Source: Anaerolineae bacterium (GTDB taxonomy: Bacteria; Chloroflexota; Anaerolineae; JACRMK01). From it: DNA of 64,000 bases. The stretch is from positions 25,649 to 89,648 of the forward strand of contig JBBPZQ010000103.1 of the NCBI GenBank assembly GCA_038198935.1, in the 5' to 3' direction. The notes beneath the pieces were generated by a model that was not told the origin of the DNA, ran no database searches, and was given only the letters and a program-made list of their open reading frames with translations. The position numbers and the translations under genes are program-made. Below, one piece after another: positions 27,926 through 36,222 of this stretch (the stretch's first letter is position 1; every line of letters starts with the position of its first letter).

Positions 27926-30613
27926 ATGACTCAGGAATCCTCAAGAAAAATCGAAACAAGCAACCAAAGTGGCGGTATCAACATCAGCGGCGGCAATATC
28001 ATTAGTGTTGAAGGGGATTTTGTCGGGCGTGATCAGATCGTCAAGATTTCTGCTCCTGTTGCCATACACCAACTACCACCTGATTCGACTAACTTCATCG
28101 GTCGAGAAGAGGAAGTTAGCAAGGCACTCGCAATTCTGTCAACTAACATGGAAGCCCCTACAATTCTTATCTTCAACGGCAACGGGATGGGTGGGGTGGG
28201 TAAGACAGCGTTAGCTATACATATTGCTCATCAACTAATAGCGAGATACCCTGATAGTCAGCTGTTCGTGAATCTGCGTGGGGGAAGTGGTTCACCAATG
28301 AGTTCATCAGCGGCCATGGCCCATGTCATCAGATCATTTCACCCTGATGTGCGACTGCCTAACACTGTAGAGGATTTAACAGCGATCTATCGCAGTGTTT
28401 TGTACGGGCAGAGGATTCTGTTAATTCTCGATGACGCGGCAGATGCTGAGCAAGTGACCCCACTTCTCCCTAGTTCTTCATCGTGTGCGGTATTCATAAC
28501 CTCACGTAAACGCTTTGACCTGCCCGGCGTTCCCAGGGTTGATTTGGATGTGCTTTCGGCAGACGCTTCACGCGAGTTGCTGATGCGTTTGGACCCGCGC
28601 CTTCGTGATACCCCTGATATAGCTGCCCGAATTGCCTCTCTGTGTGGGCATTTGCCACTTGTCTTACGAATTGCCGGCTCTACCCTGAGAGCTAGGCCCC
28701 ATCTGATTCCAGCCGAATATGCCGGCGAATTGGCGGCAATAAGCCTCAGTTCACTTTCACAAGGGTCTGCTCACATCACCATCCAAGAGGTTTTCGACCT
28801 TAGTTACGGACAATTAAGCCCACAACTACAAGCAGCATGGGTTAAATTGGCTGTGTTCACATCTACGTTTGATCGCACGGCAGCGGCTGCTGTATGGAAC
28901 GTGGATGAAAGACAGACCAAGACGTGGCTAGACGAATTGGCGAACTCTAGCTTGATCAATCGGTACAATGAAACCCAACGTTATGCTCTACATCCCTTAT
29001 TGCTCGATTTCGCCTTGAGTTTCTCACCACAGTTTGATCTAACTGAAGCACATGAACGACACGCTCACTACTACCTCTCTGTAGCTCGCCAAGCTGGTAA
29101 ACTATACTTTGAGAGTGGAGAAGGGGTGCTGCGTGGTTTAGCTCTATATGACCAAGAGTGGCCGAACATTCAGTCAGCATTGACACGACTAGCTAAACAG
29201 GCCCCGGATAATTCCGTGGCTGCGCGGTTGTACTGCGATTACATTGACGCGAGTATTTATTACCTTGAACTTCGCCTGTCTCCAAAGGAACTAATCATGT
29301 GGTTGGAACGAGCAGTCGCCGCCGCTCGTTTATTAGGCGATAGACAGGCGGAAAGCAGCCACCTGAGCAACTTAGGCTTGAATTATTCAACACTAGGGGA
29401 AAGCCGTCAGGCCATAGAATATTACCAACAAGCGCTCACCATCGCGCGTGAAATAGGAGACAAACATGCCGAAAGTGTAGACCTAGTGAATCTTGGACAA
29501 GCGTATGCTACACTAGGTGAGATAAGGCATGGCATAGAGTTCTACACCGAAGCATTGCAAATAGCCAGAGAAATTGGAGATCGCCTCACAGAAAGCACAG
29601 TGCTGGATGGTTTGGGAGGGGCTTATTCTGCTCTAGGTGACTATCGGCGCGCCATTGAGTCCCATGAACAAGCATTACTAATTGCTCGTGCAATTGGAAA
29701 TAGACGAGGCGAAGGGAATATTCTCGGAAACCTAGGGGTTGCCTACGCCGCATTAGGCAATCTTCGCCACGCTATTGAGTTCTATGAACAGGCATTGATC
29801 ATTGCTCGCGAGATTGGTGATCGACGCAGCGAAAGTAACCAACTGGGCAGTTTAGGGAATGCTTATGCGGTCCTTGGTGAGGCTCACCACGCGATCGAAT
29901 ATTATGAACAAGCGTTACATATTGCGCGTGAATTGGGTGACCAAGTTAATCAAGGAGTCAATCTAGCAAATCTAGGAATAGCGTACACTCGTCTCGGGGA
30001 CATTCAACGCGCCTTTGAATTGTCTGAACAATCTCTGCTTATTGCACAGAGGACCGGCGACCGTCGAAGCGAAAGTAGCCGACTTGGTAATCTGGGAATG
30101 GCCTACGCATCACTAGGTGAAATACCCAATGCAATTCAATACTATGAGAAGGCGCTTGTCATCGCCCAGCAACTGGAGGATGCACGGTCTCTCGCTAACG
30201 TTTCGTTTGAGCTGGGCGTACTCTATGCCGAACATGATCGCTGGCACGACGGCCTCCGGTTGCTCGAACAGAGCCTTGCCATCCGTCGCCAATTCGACGA
30301 CCTCAACGCGCGCGCCGACACAATTTTTCAAATTGCTCGCACACACCACCTAATGAGTAATCTTGAAAATGCACGGGTACATTACCGCGATGCACTGCGC
30401 TTGTATCAACGGACCCATAACCAGCGCGGCATCGCCGCCTGCAAAAACGGTTTGGGCCGCCTGGCGATTCAGTTGGGCTTCAGTGCCGATGCGACACGGG
30501 AACTTGCTCAGGCGCACGAAATGTATGTTGAATTAGGAGACACGCAACGCGCCAGCGAGGTCGAAGAGGTTCTCCGGCTGGCTAATCACGCGAAGGAGAA
30601 ACAACCCGCATGA
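27926..30613 (+). CDS. STAND-family NTPase (NB-ARC-like P-loop) with C-terminal tetratricopeptide (TPR_12-type) repeat array
   Basis: AAAGGTGGA RBS; FIGREEE pre-Walker motif, Walker A GMGGVGKT, Walker B ILLILDD, about 10 TPR-like repeats (NLG.AY..LG....AIE.YEQAL.IAREIGDR). Local GC is visibly lower than the flanks. Confidence 0.8.
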   Translation: MTQESSRKIETSNQSGGINISGGNIISVEGDFVGRDQIVKISAPVAIHQLPPDSTNFIGREEEVSKALAILSTNMEAPTILIFNGNGMGGVGKTALAIHIAHQLIARYPDSQLFVNLRGGSGSPMSSSAAMAHVIRSFHPDVRLPNTVEDLTAIYRSVLYGQRILLILDDAADAEQVTPLLPSSSSCAVFITSRKRFDLPGVPRVDLDVLSADASRELLMRLDPRLRDTPDIAARIASLCGHLPLVLRIAGSTLRARPHLIPAEYAGELAAISLSSLSQGSAHITIQEVFDLSYGQLSPQLQAAWVKLAVFTSTFDRTAAAAVWNVDERQTKTWLDELANSSLINRYNETQRYALHPLLLDFALSFSPQFDLTEAHERHAHYYLSVARQAGKLYFESGEGVLRGLALYDQEWPNIQSALTRLAKQAPDNSVAARLYCDYIDASIYYLELRLSPKELIMWLERAVAAARLLGDRQAESSHLSNLGLNYSTLGESRQAIEYYQQALTIAREIGDKHAESVDLVNLGQAYATLGEIRHGIEFYTEALQIAREIGDRLTESTVLDGLGGAYSALGDYRRAIESHEQALLIARAIGNRRGEGNILGNLGVAYAALGNLRHAIEFYEQALIIAREIGDRRSESNQLGSLGNAYAVLGEAHHAIEYYEQALHIARELGDQVNQGVNLANLGIAYTRLGDIQRAFELSEQSLLIAQRTGDRRSESSRLGNLGMAYASLGEIPNAIQYYEKALVIAQQLEDARSLANVSFELGVLYAEHDRWHDGLRLLEQSLAIRRQFDDLNARADTIFQIARTHHLMSNLENARVHYRDALRLYQRTHNQRGIAACKNGLGRLAIQLGFSADATRELAQAHEMYVELGDTQRASEVEEVLRLANHAKEKQPA

Positions 30614-31881
30614 ACGAGGCAGACCGTCTTTGGGATGAACTGGACATCACCTACGCGCACTGGGGATTGAACGAGATTCCGTTTTCCGAAGTCCCGCCCT
30701 TGTTGCGCGAGTCGCAGTTGTCAGAGATTTTCACAGGCCGCACACAAGAATTGCGCGAGGTATTCAATCTGTTTCGCGGGCGCGAACGCAAACGCCTGTT
30801 TGTGTATGGCTGGGTCGGCATCGGCAAAACTGCCTTCATTCTTGAAGTGTTGAGCGTATTGCGCCGCCGAGCGAAAGATACATTAGCCGCGTACATCAGC
30901 CTGCCCCCAGAGACCGATTTGGCGACCGCGGCTCTGATCGCGCTCGCTCGCGAAATGGAAGACGACGAATGGGCGCAACACCAACTGAACCAGATGGGAT
31001 TGCGCCCGCGAACGCGCGCAGTCGAAAAAGAAACGACGGTGAAGGCTGGCTTAGCTGGCATGGGCGTCGAGACCAAAGAAGAAACCGTCCCGATTTCTCC
31101 GCCGCGTTTTCCTGCGCTGAGTTTTGAAGACCTATTGAAACGCGCGTTGCAGAAGTATCACCGCGTTGTCATTGCGATAGATGACCTCGACAAGCAAGAC
31201 CCGGCGCGCGTGCGCGAATTGCTGCGGAACGATCAGGGAATGCTCAAGGGCGGCGCTTGGTTCATGCTCACGGGGCATCCATCAGGCTTGACGCGCGATA
31301 TTGTAACGCGCGAACTGGGGTTGTTCGATCTCGCTATCGAGTTGAAGAAACTGGATCAACCCACAACCTATCGGATGCTGATCAACTACCTCAATAGCGC
31401 GCGTCCACACAATGCGCGGCGCGACCACGAAGATCCGCTTTCAGTCCGCCCCTTCACGCCTGAAACTGCGCGTATTCTTTGCGAACGGTCAGATGGGGTG
31501 CCACGTTGGCTCAATCGGCTGGGCAGTTATGTTTTGCTCAAGGCGGCTGAACTTCACGCCGACATCATCACTCCCGATGTGTTGCAGCACGGATTAGAGT
31601 ATGCCGATCAACAGTTGCGCGGACAAACAGGGCTGACGCTTGAAGATCGCTATGTGCTTGAGCTGGTGTTAGAGAAAGGCACTTTCTCAGATGACTCCGC
31701 AACACTGGATGATCTTGAACACCTCAAGGTTAAAGAGTTCAACGAGGTCATGCCGATCCTAGAGAAACTGGTGCAACTCGATCTGTTGCGTCGCGTGCCG
31801 ACCGAACGCGCAACGGAGTATGCGCCCACGCCGATGGTGTCAGGCAAGAGCGAATCGTCTTCTGAAATCGCGCATGACTAA
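30610..31881 (+). CDS. AAA+/STAND-like ATPase (AAA_16 / Orc1-Cdc6-like P-loop NTPase)
   Basis: 4-nt ATGA overlap with the upstream gene; FTGRTQEL motif, Walker A GWVGIGKT, Walker B VVIAIDDLD. Confidence 0.7.
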   Translation: MNEADRLWDELDITYAHWGLNEIPFSEVPPLLRESQLSEIFTGRTQELREVFNLFRGRERKRLFVYGWVGIGKTAFILEVLSVLRRRAKDTLAAYISLPPETDLATAALIALAREMEDDEWAQHQLNQMGLRPRTRAVEKETTVKAGLAGMGVETKEETVPISPPRFPALSFEDLLKRALQKYHRVVIAIDDLDKQDPARVRELLRNDQGMLKGGAWFMLTGHPSGLTRDIVTRELGLFDLAIELKKLDQPTTYRMLINYLNSARPHNARRDHEDPLSVRPFTPETARILCERSDGVPRWLNRLGSYVLLKAAELHADIITPDVLQHGLEYADQQLRGQTGLTLEDRYVLELVLEKGTFSDDSATLDDLEHLKVKEFNEVMPILEKLVQLDLLRRVPTERATEYAPTPMVSGKSESSSEIAHD

Positions 31882-31933
31882 CCATTTGCAACACACCACT
31901 TCGCGTCCCGAGCCTGTCGAAGGGCGCCCCCGT

Positions 31934-31985
31934 GTCGTCGTCGCCCTCAGCGGCAGAGTGGATAGTTCGAGCGTTGCCCACTGCT
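31934..31985 (+). pseudogene. degenerate duplicate of the mnmA 5' end (encodes RVVVALSGRVDSSSVA)
   Basis: About 52 bp at roughly 85% identity to mnmA codons 6-22 at 32348..32400 (KVVVALSGGVDSSTTA). Confidence 0.55.
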
Positions 31986-32031
31986 CGCCTAACAGGAGCA
32001 GGATCAAGTAGATTCCGATTGGAGGCTTATC

Positions 32032-32319
32032 GTGATGAATCCAACGATGACGACAACTAATATCCTGACATTAGAAGAAGTCGCCGAGTATCTGCGACTA
32101 CCAAAAGAGACCGTAGAGCGTCAGGCATTGCGCGGTCAAATTCCAGGACGGCGTATCGAAGATACTTGGCGTTTCCTCAAAACGGCGATTGACGAATGGT
32201 TGCGTAGCCACGACAGCCGCGCGATTTTGTTACAGCAAGCAGGCGCATTAGCAGACGATGAGTCTTTGCCGCAACTGGTCGAGACGATTTACGTAGGGCG
32301 CGGACATTGCGCGTCGTGA
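32032..32319 (+). CDS. helix-turn-helix DNA-binding protein, excisionase/HTH_17 family
   Basis: 95 aa; ILTLEEVAEYLRLPKETVERQALRGQIPGRRI...WRF matches excisionase-family DNA-binding domains. Confidence 0.6.
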   Translation: MMNPTMTTTNILTLEEVAEYLRLPKETVERQALRGQIPGRRIEDTWRFLKTAIDEWLRSHDSRAILLQQAGALADDESLPQLVETIYVGRGHCAS

Positions 32320-32329
32320 ACTGAATGGA

Positions 32330-33445
32330 TTGAAGATGAGCACGAAAGTCGTCGTCGCCCTCAGCGGCGGCGTGGACAGTTCGACAACCGCCGCGCTGCT
32401 CGTCGAGCGCGGTTATGATGTCGTCGGCGTGATGATGCGCCTGTGGGCGGGCGTGGGGCCCGACGGCGGCGAGTACAATCGCTGCTGCTCGCCCGAAGCC
32501 GTCGCCGACGCGCGCTCGGTGTGCGTGCGCCTCGGCATTCCGTTTCACTTACTGAACTTTGAAGCGCCGTTCAAGCAATACGTCGTGGATTTCTTTCTCG
32601 ACGGCTACACGCGCGGCGTCACGCCGAATCCGTGTGTCGAATGCAATCGGCACGTCAAGTTCGACGCGCTGCTCAAGCAGGCGCTCGCGCTCGGCGCGGA
32701 TTATCTGGCGACAGGTCACTACGCGCGTGTGCAAACACTTCAAGATGAAAGCGTTCAGTTGTTGAAGGGTGTTGATCCCCTGAAGGATCAATCGTATGCG
32801 CTCTGCATGTTGACGCAGGCGCAACTCTCGCGTTCGATGTTTCCGCTCGGCGAGTTCACGAAGCAGCAGGTGCGGCAGATGGCGCGCGAGCGCAACATCA
32901 TCGTCGCCGAGAAGAGCGAGAGTCAGGAATTGTGTTTCGTGCAGAAAGACTATCGCGAGTTTGTGCAAGAGCAGCGCCCAGACGCGTTCGTGTCGGGCCC
33001 CATTCTCGATTTGCACGGCAATGTTGTAGGCGAGCACGATGGCTTGCCCGCGTACACGATTGGCCAGCGTAAGGGCTTGCATATACATCCTGAGCCGCAT
33101 CGAACGATGGCGGCCGGCGAGCCGCTGTATGTGGTTGACGTGGACGCTGCTCGCAATGCGCTGGTCGTTGGGCGCAAGCACCAGGTGTGGCAAGAGCACA
33201 TGCTTGTCACGCACATTAACTGGATCAGCGGAGAAGCGCCGAGCGAGACGCTTGAAGTGAACGTGAAGATTCGCTACAAGAGTGAAGAAAAGTCCGCGCG
33301 CGTCGAGCCGTTGGCTGATGCGAGCGCGCGCGTGACATTCGCCCAGCCACAGCGTGCGATCACCCCCGGTCAAGCAGCCGTGTTCTATCGTGGCGACGCT
33401 TGTCTGGGCGGCGGCATCATCACGCGCATGGGAGCGAGCCAATGA
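32330..33445 (+). CDS. mnmA: tRNA 2-thiouridine(34) synthase MnmA
   Basis: 371 aa; PP-loop VVVALSGGVDSS, catalytic Cys motifs (NPCVECN, ELCF). Confidence 0.9.
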   Translation: MKMSTKVVVALSGGVDSSTTAALLVERGYDVVGVMMRLWAGVGPDGGEYNRCCSPEAVADARSVCVRLGIPFHLLNFEAPFKQYVVDFFLDGYTRGVTPNPCVECNRHVKFDALLKQALALGADYLATGHYARVQTLQDESVQLLKGVDPLKDQSYALCMLTQAQLSRSMFPLGEFTKQQVRQMARERNIIVAEKSESQELCFVQKDYREFVQEQRPDAFVSGPILDLHGNVVGEHDGLPAYTIGQRKGLHIHPEPHRTMAAGEPLYVVDVDAARNALVVGRKHQVWQEHMLVTHINWISGEAPSETLEVNVKIRYKSEEKSARVEPLADASARVTFAQPQRAITPGQAAVFYRGDACLGGGIITRMGASQ

Positions 33446-33699
33446 TGGTGCCGACCGTCGTGCCCGCCGTGCTGCTCGGCGTGGTGAGCAGCACGATGCT
33501 GGCTGCCGTCGTGCATCTCACGCGCGGCAACACTATTCGCGACCTGATCGTGATCTGGATTGCCGTCTCGCTTGGCTTTTGGCTCGCGGCTGTCGCAGCC
33601 GCTTGGCTGCACGCGCCACTGTTCACGATTGGCGAGTTGCAATTGATCGCAGGATTGGTCGGCGGGATGATTGCCGCGCTGATTGTCACACGCAAGTGA
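33442..33699 (+). CDS. small membrane protein (2-3 TM helices)
   Basis: ATGA overlap with the mnmA stop; hydrophobic 85-aa product. Confidence 0.45.
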   Translation: MMVPTVVPAVLLGVVSSTMLAAVVHLTRGNTIRDLIVIWIAVSLGFWLAAVAAAWLHAPLFTIGELQLIAGLVGGMIAALIVTRK

Positions 33700-33717
33700 G
33701 TGTGCTATAATTTTTTT

Positions 33718-34023
33718 ATGTCAGTACCTGAAATCATTGCAACCATTCGTGACATCTTCATCATCCTGTTGGCGTTGGCGGGCGTCGTCGTCGTCGGGTT
33801 GATGGTGTGGCTGATTTTTGAACTCAGAGGACTGATTCGCTTTTTGCGCGACGAGCTCAAACCGATTCTCGTCTCGGCGCAAGACACCGTGAGCACGGTG
33901 CGCGGCACGACGACCTTCGTCAGCAAGAACGTGCTGGAACCGGTCGTCAAAGTGTCGAGCTATGTCGCCGGCGTGCGCGCCATCTTCGACACGGTGCTGG
34001 GCCGCGGCAAGCAAAAGAGTTGA
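33718..34023 (+). CDS. DUF948-like membrane-anchored protein
   Basis: N-terminal TM helix followed by a helical region (LIRFLRDELKPILVSAQDTVSTV). Confidence 0.55.
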   Translation: MSVPEIIATIRDIFIILLALAGVVVVGLMVWLIFELRGLIRFLRDELKPILVSAQDTVSTVRGTTTFVSKNVLEPVVKVSSYVAGVRAIFDTVLGRGKQKS

Positions 34024-34051
34024 GAAATCTTGTTTTTGAAAGGAGTCTGAC

Positions 34052-34480
34052 ATGGCAGACAGAGACAGTGGCGGTTGGGAATTTTCCGCGGGGTTCTTCA
34101 TCGGCGGATTGGTGGGCGGTTTGCTCGGCGCAGTGGCAGCATTGCTGATGGCGCCGCAGGCCGGCGAAGACACGCGCGCAGTGCTGCGCGAGAAGGGCAT
34201 CGAGTTGAAAGAGCGCGCTGAGGACGTGACCTACGACGCGCGGCACAAGGCTGAAGAGACAGCGATGCAAGCGCGTATGCGCGCCGAAGAAGCCGCTGCG
34301 CAAGCGCGTGACCGCGCTTCGACGATGCGTGAGAGCGCGAAGCTGACGCTCGACGAGAAGGTGTCGCAAGTGAAGGACGCGATTGACACGGGCAAGCAAG
34401 CCGCCGACCGCAAGAAGGATGAGATGATGCAGAACCTCAATGCCGACAAGGGCAACAAGACGCCCGGCATGGAAAGCTGA
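34052..34480 (+). CDS. YtxH-domain protein (general stress-like, TM + coiled coil)
   Basis: FFIGGLVGGLLGAVAALLMAPQAGEDTR YtxH signature followed by a charged coiled-coil. Confidence 0.65.
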   Translation: MADRDSGGWEFSAGFFIGGLVGGLLGAVAALLMAPQAGEDTRAVLREKGIELKERAEDVTYDARHKAEETAMQARMRAEEAAAQARDRASTMRESAKLTLDEKVSQVKDAIDTGKQAADRKKDEMMQNLNADKGNKTPGMES

Positions 34481-34499
34481 GGCAGTCTCTCATCGAATG

Positions 34500-34531
34500 A
34501 AAATCCCGCTCACACGAGCGGGATTTTTTTA
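34500..34531 (+). terminator. Rho-independent terminator
   Basis: AAAATCCCGCTC-ACAC-GAGCGGGATTTTTTTAT. Confidence 0.85.
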
Positions 34532-34617
34532 TCAATCTATCTCAACCGCAGAGACGCAGAGAACGCAGAGAAAACAAGAATAACCTCTGCGCGCTCTGCG
34601 CCTTTGCGGTTATGTGT

Positions 34618-36192
34618 TTAGCCCATCTGCTTGATCGCCCTGAGTGCGCGCGGGATGCGCGGCAACAAGTCGCTCGCAATCACGCCAGCATCGCCGATGT
34701 CGTCGCGCGCAAGTTCGCCCGCGCTGCCGTGAAGGTAGCCGCCGACAATCGCCGCATCGCGTGGCGACAAACCTTGCGCCATCAATCCGACGAGGATGCC
34801 CGACAGCACGTCTCCACTGCCGGCCGTCGCGAGCGCGGGATTAGCAAACGGCAGCAGCGTCACTTGGCCGCTTGGCTCCGCGATCAACGTGAACGCACCT
34901 TTAAATAACACAATCTGATTCCACTGCTGCGAGTGTTCACGCGCACAAGTCTCTCGATTGTCGGTTATCGCCTTGCTGTCCAGCCCCGACAGCCGCGCGA
35001 ACTCGCCGACGTGCGGCGTGAGCACGCAGTTCGGCGGCAACGTGCGCCACCACTCGCGCTGTTCGCTCAAAATGTTCAGCGCGTCGGCGTCAATCACCGT
35101 GCGCGCGAAGGCAGGGGATTGTTCATGCGCATCGAGCAGGCGATAGATGAACTGCTGCGTGCCGCGCGCGCGCCCCAAGCCCGGCCCGATCAGCAGCGCA
35201 TCGTAATCCTTCAGTCCGTCCAGCAGTACACGCGTTGCATTGCTCGCAATCGCACCCGCGGCATCGGGCAGCGGCACGAACGTCGCTTCGTGCAGTGATG
35301 CCGCGACGATGTGCTGCACCTCGCTCGTCGTCGCCAACGTGACCAAGCCTGTGCCGACGCGCGCGGCTGCTGCCGCCGACAGATATGGCGCGCCCGTGTA
35401 GTAGCTCGACCCGGCGACGATCATCGCCTTGCCGAAGGTGCCCTTGTGTCCCGTGCGCGGGCGCGTGGGCAGCAGTTTGGCAATCTCAATTTGAGTGGCC
35501 AAGTTGAGCGCGATTGAATCGGCGAACTCAGGCGGGATACCAATGTCGGCAATCACCCACTCGCCGAGCGCATCCGCCGCAGGAAATTTGTAGAAGCCAA
35601 CTTTCGGAAATGCGAACGTGACCGTGAGATCGGCGGACACGGTCGCGGGATCGAGCGTGCCCGTGTCGGCGTTCAATCCGCTCGGCAGGTCAACGGCGAT
35701 GATGGAGGGTGGAGGGTGGGATTTGGGATTGGGGATTTGGGGATTGACGAGCACGAGGATTTCTTTGAGCGTTCCTTCAATCGGACGATTCGCGCCGGTG
35801 CCGAGCAGTGCATCCACGCTGATCGTGCTGCCATCGAGTGCGGCGCGCAGTTGCGAAAAGTTTTCGTCGCCCTCAGCGCGCAACGTCTTGATGCCCCGCG
35901 CTTGCGTCTGCGCGAAGTTGAAATCGCCTTCGGTTTTGCGCTTCCACAAGTAGAGCGTCACTTGCGCGCCCATGTCATGCAGATGGCGCGCGGCGACCAA
36001 GCCGTCGCCGCCGTTGTTGCCGGGTCCCACGAGCACGAGCATGTTCTGATCGCGTACACTCCAGCGCGCGACAATCGCATCGGCGACGGCGCGACCCGCC
36101 GCCTCCATCATCTGCGCGTAACTCACGCCCGCTACATCCGCGCGCTGTTCGAGCTGGCGCATCTGCTCGACCGTGACGATTTTCATGTGCAC
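34618..36192 (-). CDS. nnr: bifunctional NAD(P)H-hydrate repair enzyme Nnr (epimerase + ADP-dependent dehydratase)
   Basis: 524 aa; YjeF-N motifs (LVLVGPGNNGGDG) and dehydratase domain (GPGLG, GSGDVLSG). Carries a Pro-rich linker insertion. Confidence 0.9.
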   Translation of the reverse strand: MHMKIVTVEQMRQLEQRADVAGVSYAQMMEAAGRAVADAIVARWSVRDQNMLVLVGPGNNGGDGLVAARHLHDMGAQVTLYLWKRKTEGDFNFAQTQARGIKTLRAEGDENFSQLRAALDGSTISVDALLGTGANRPIEGTLKEILVLVNPQIPNPKSHPPPSIIAVDLPSGLNADTGTLDPATVSADLTVTFAFPKVGFYKFPAADALGEWVIADIGIPPEFADSIALNLATQIEIAKLLPTRPRTGHKGTFGKAMIVAGSSYYTGAPYLSAAAAARVGTGLVTLATTSEVQHIVAASLHEATFVPLPDAAGAIASNATRVLLDGLKDYDALLIGPGLGRARGTQQFIYRLLDAHEQSPAFARTVIDADALNILSEQREWWRTLPPNCVLTPHVGEFARLSGLDSKAITDNRETCAREHSQQWNQIVLFKGAFTLIAEPSGQVTLLPFANPALATAGSGDVLSGILVGLMAQGLSPRDAAIVGGYLHGSAGELARDDIGDAGVIASDLLPRIPRALRAIKQMG

Positions 36193-36222
36193 ATCTGATA
36201 GTCCAAAATTTTCGGAGGGTCG

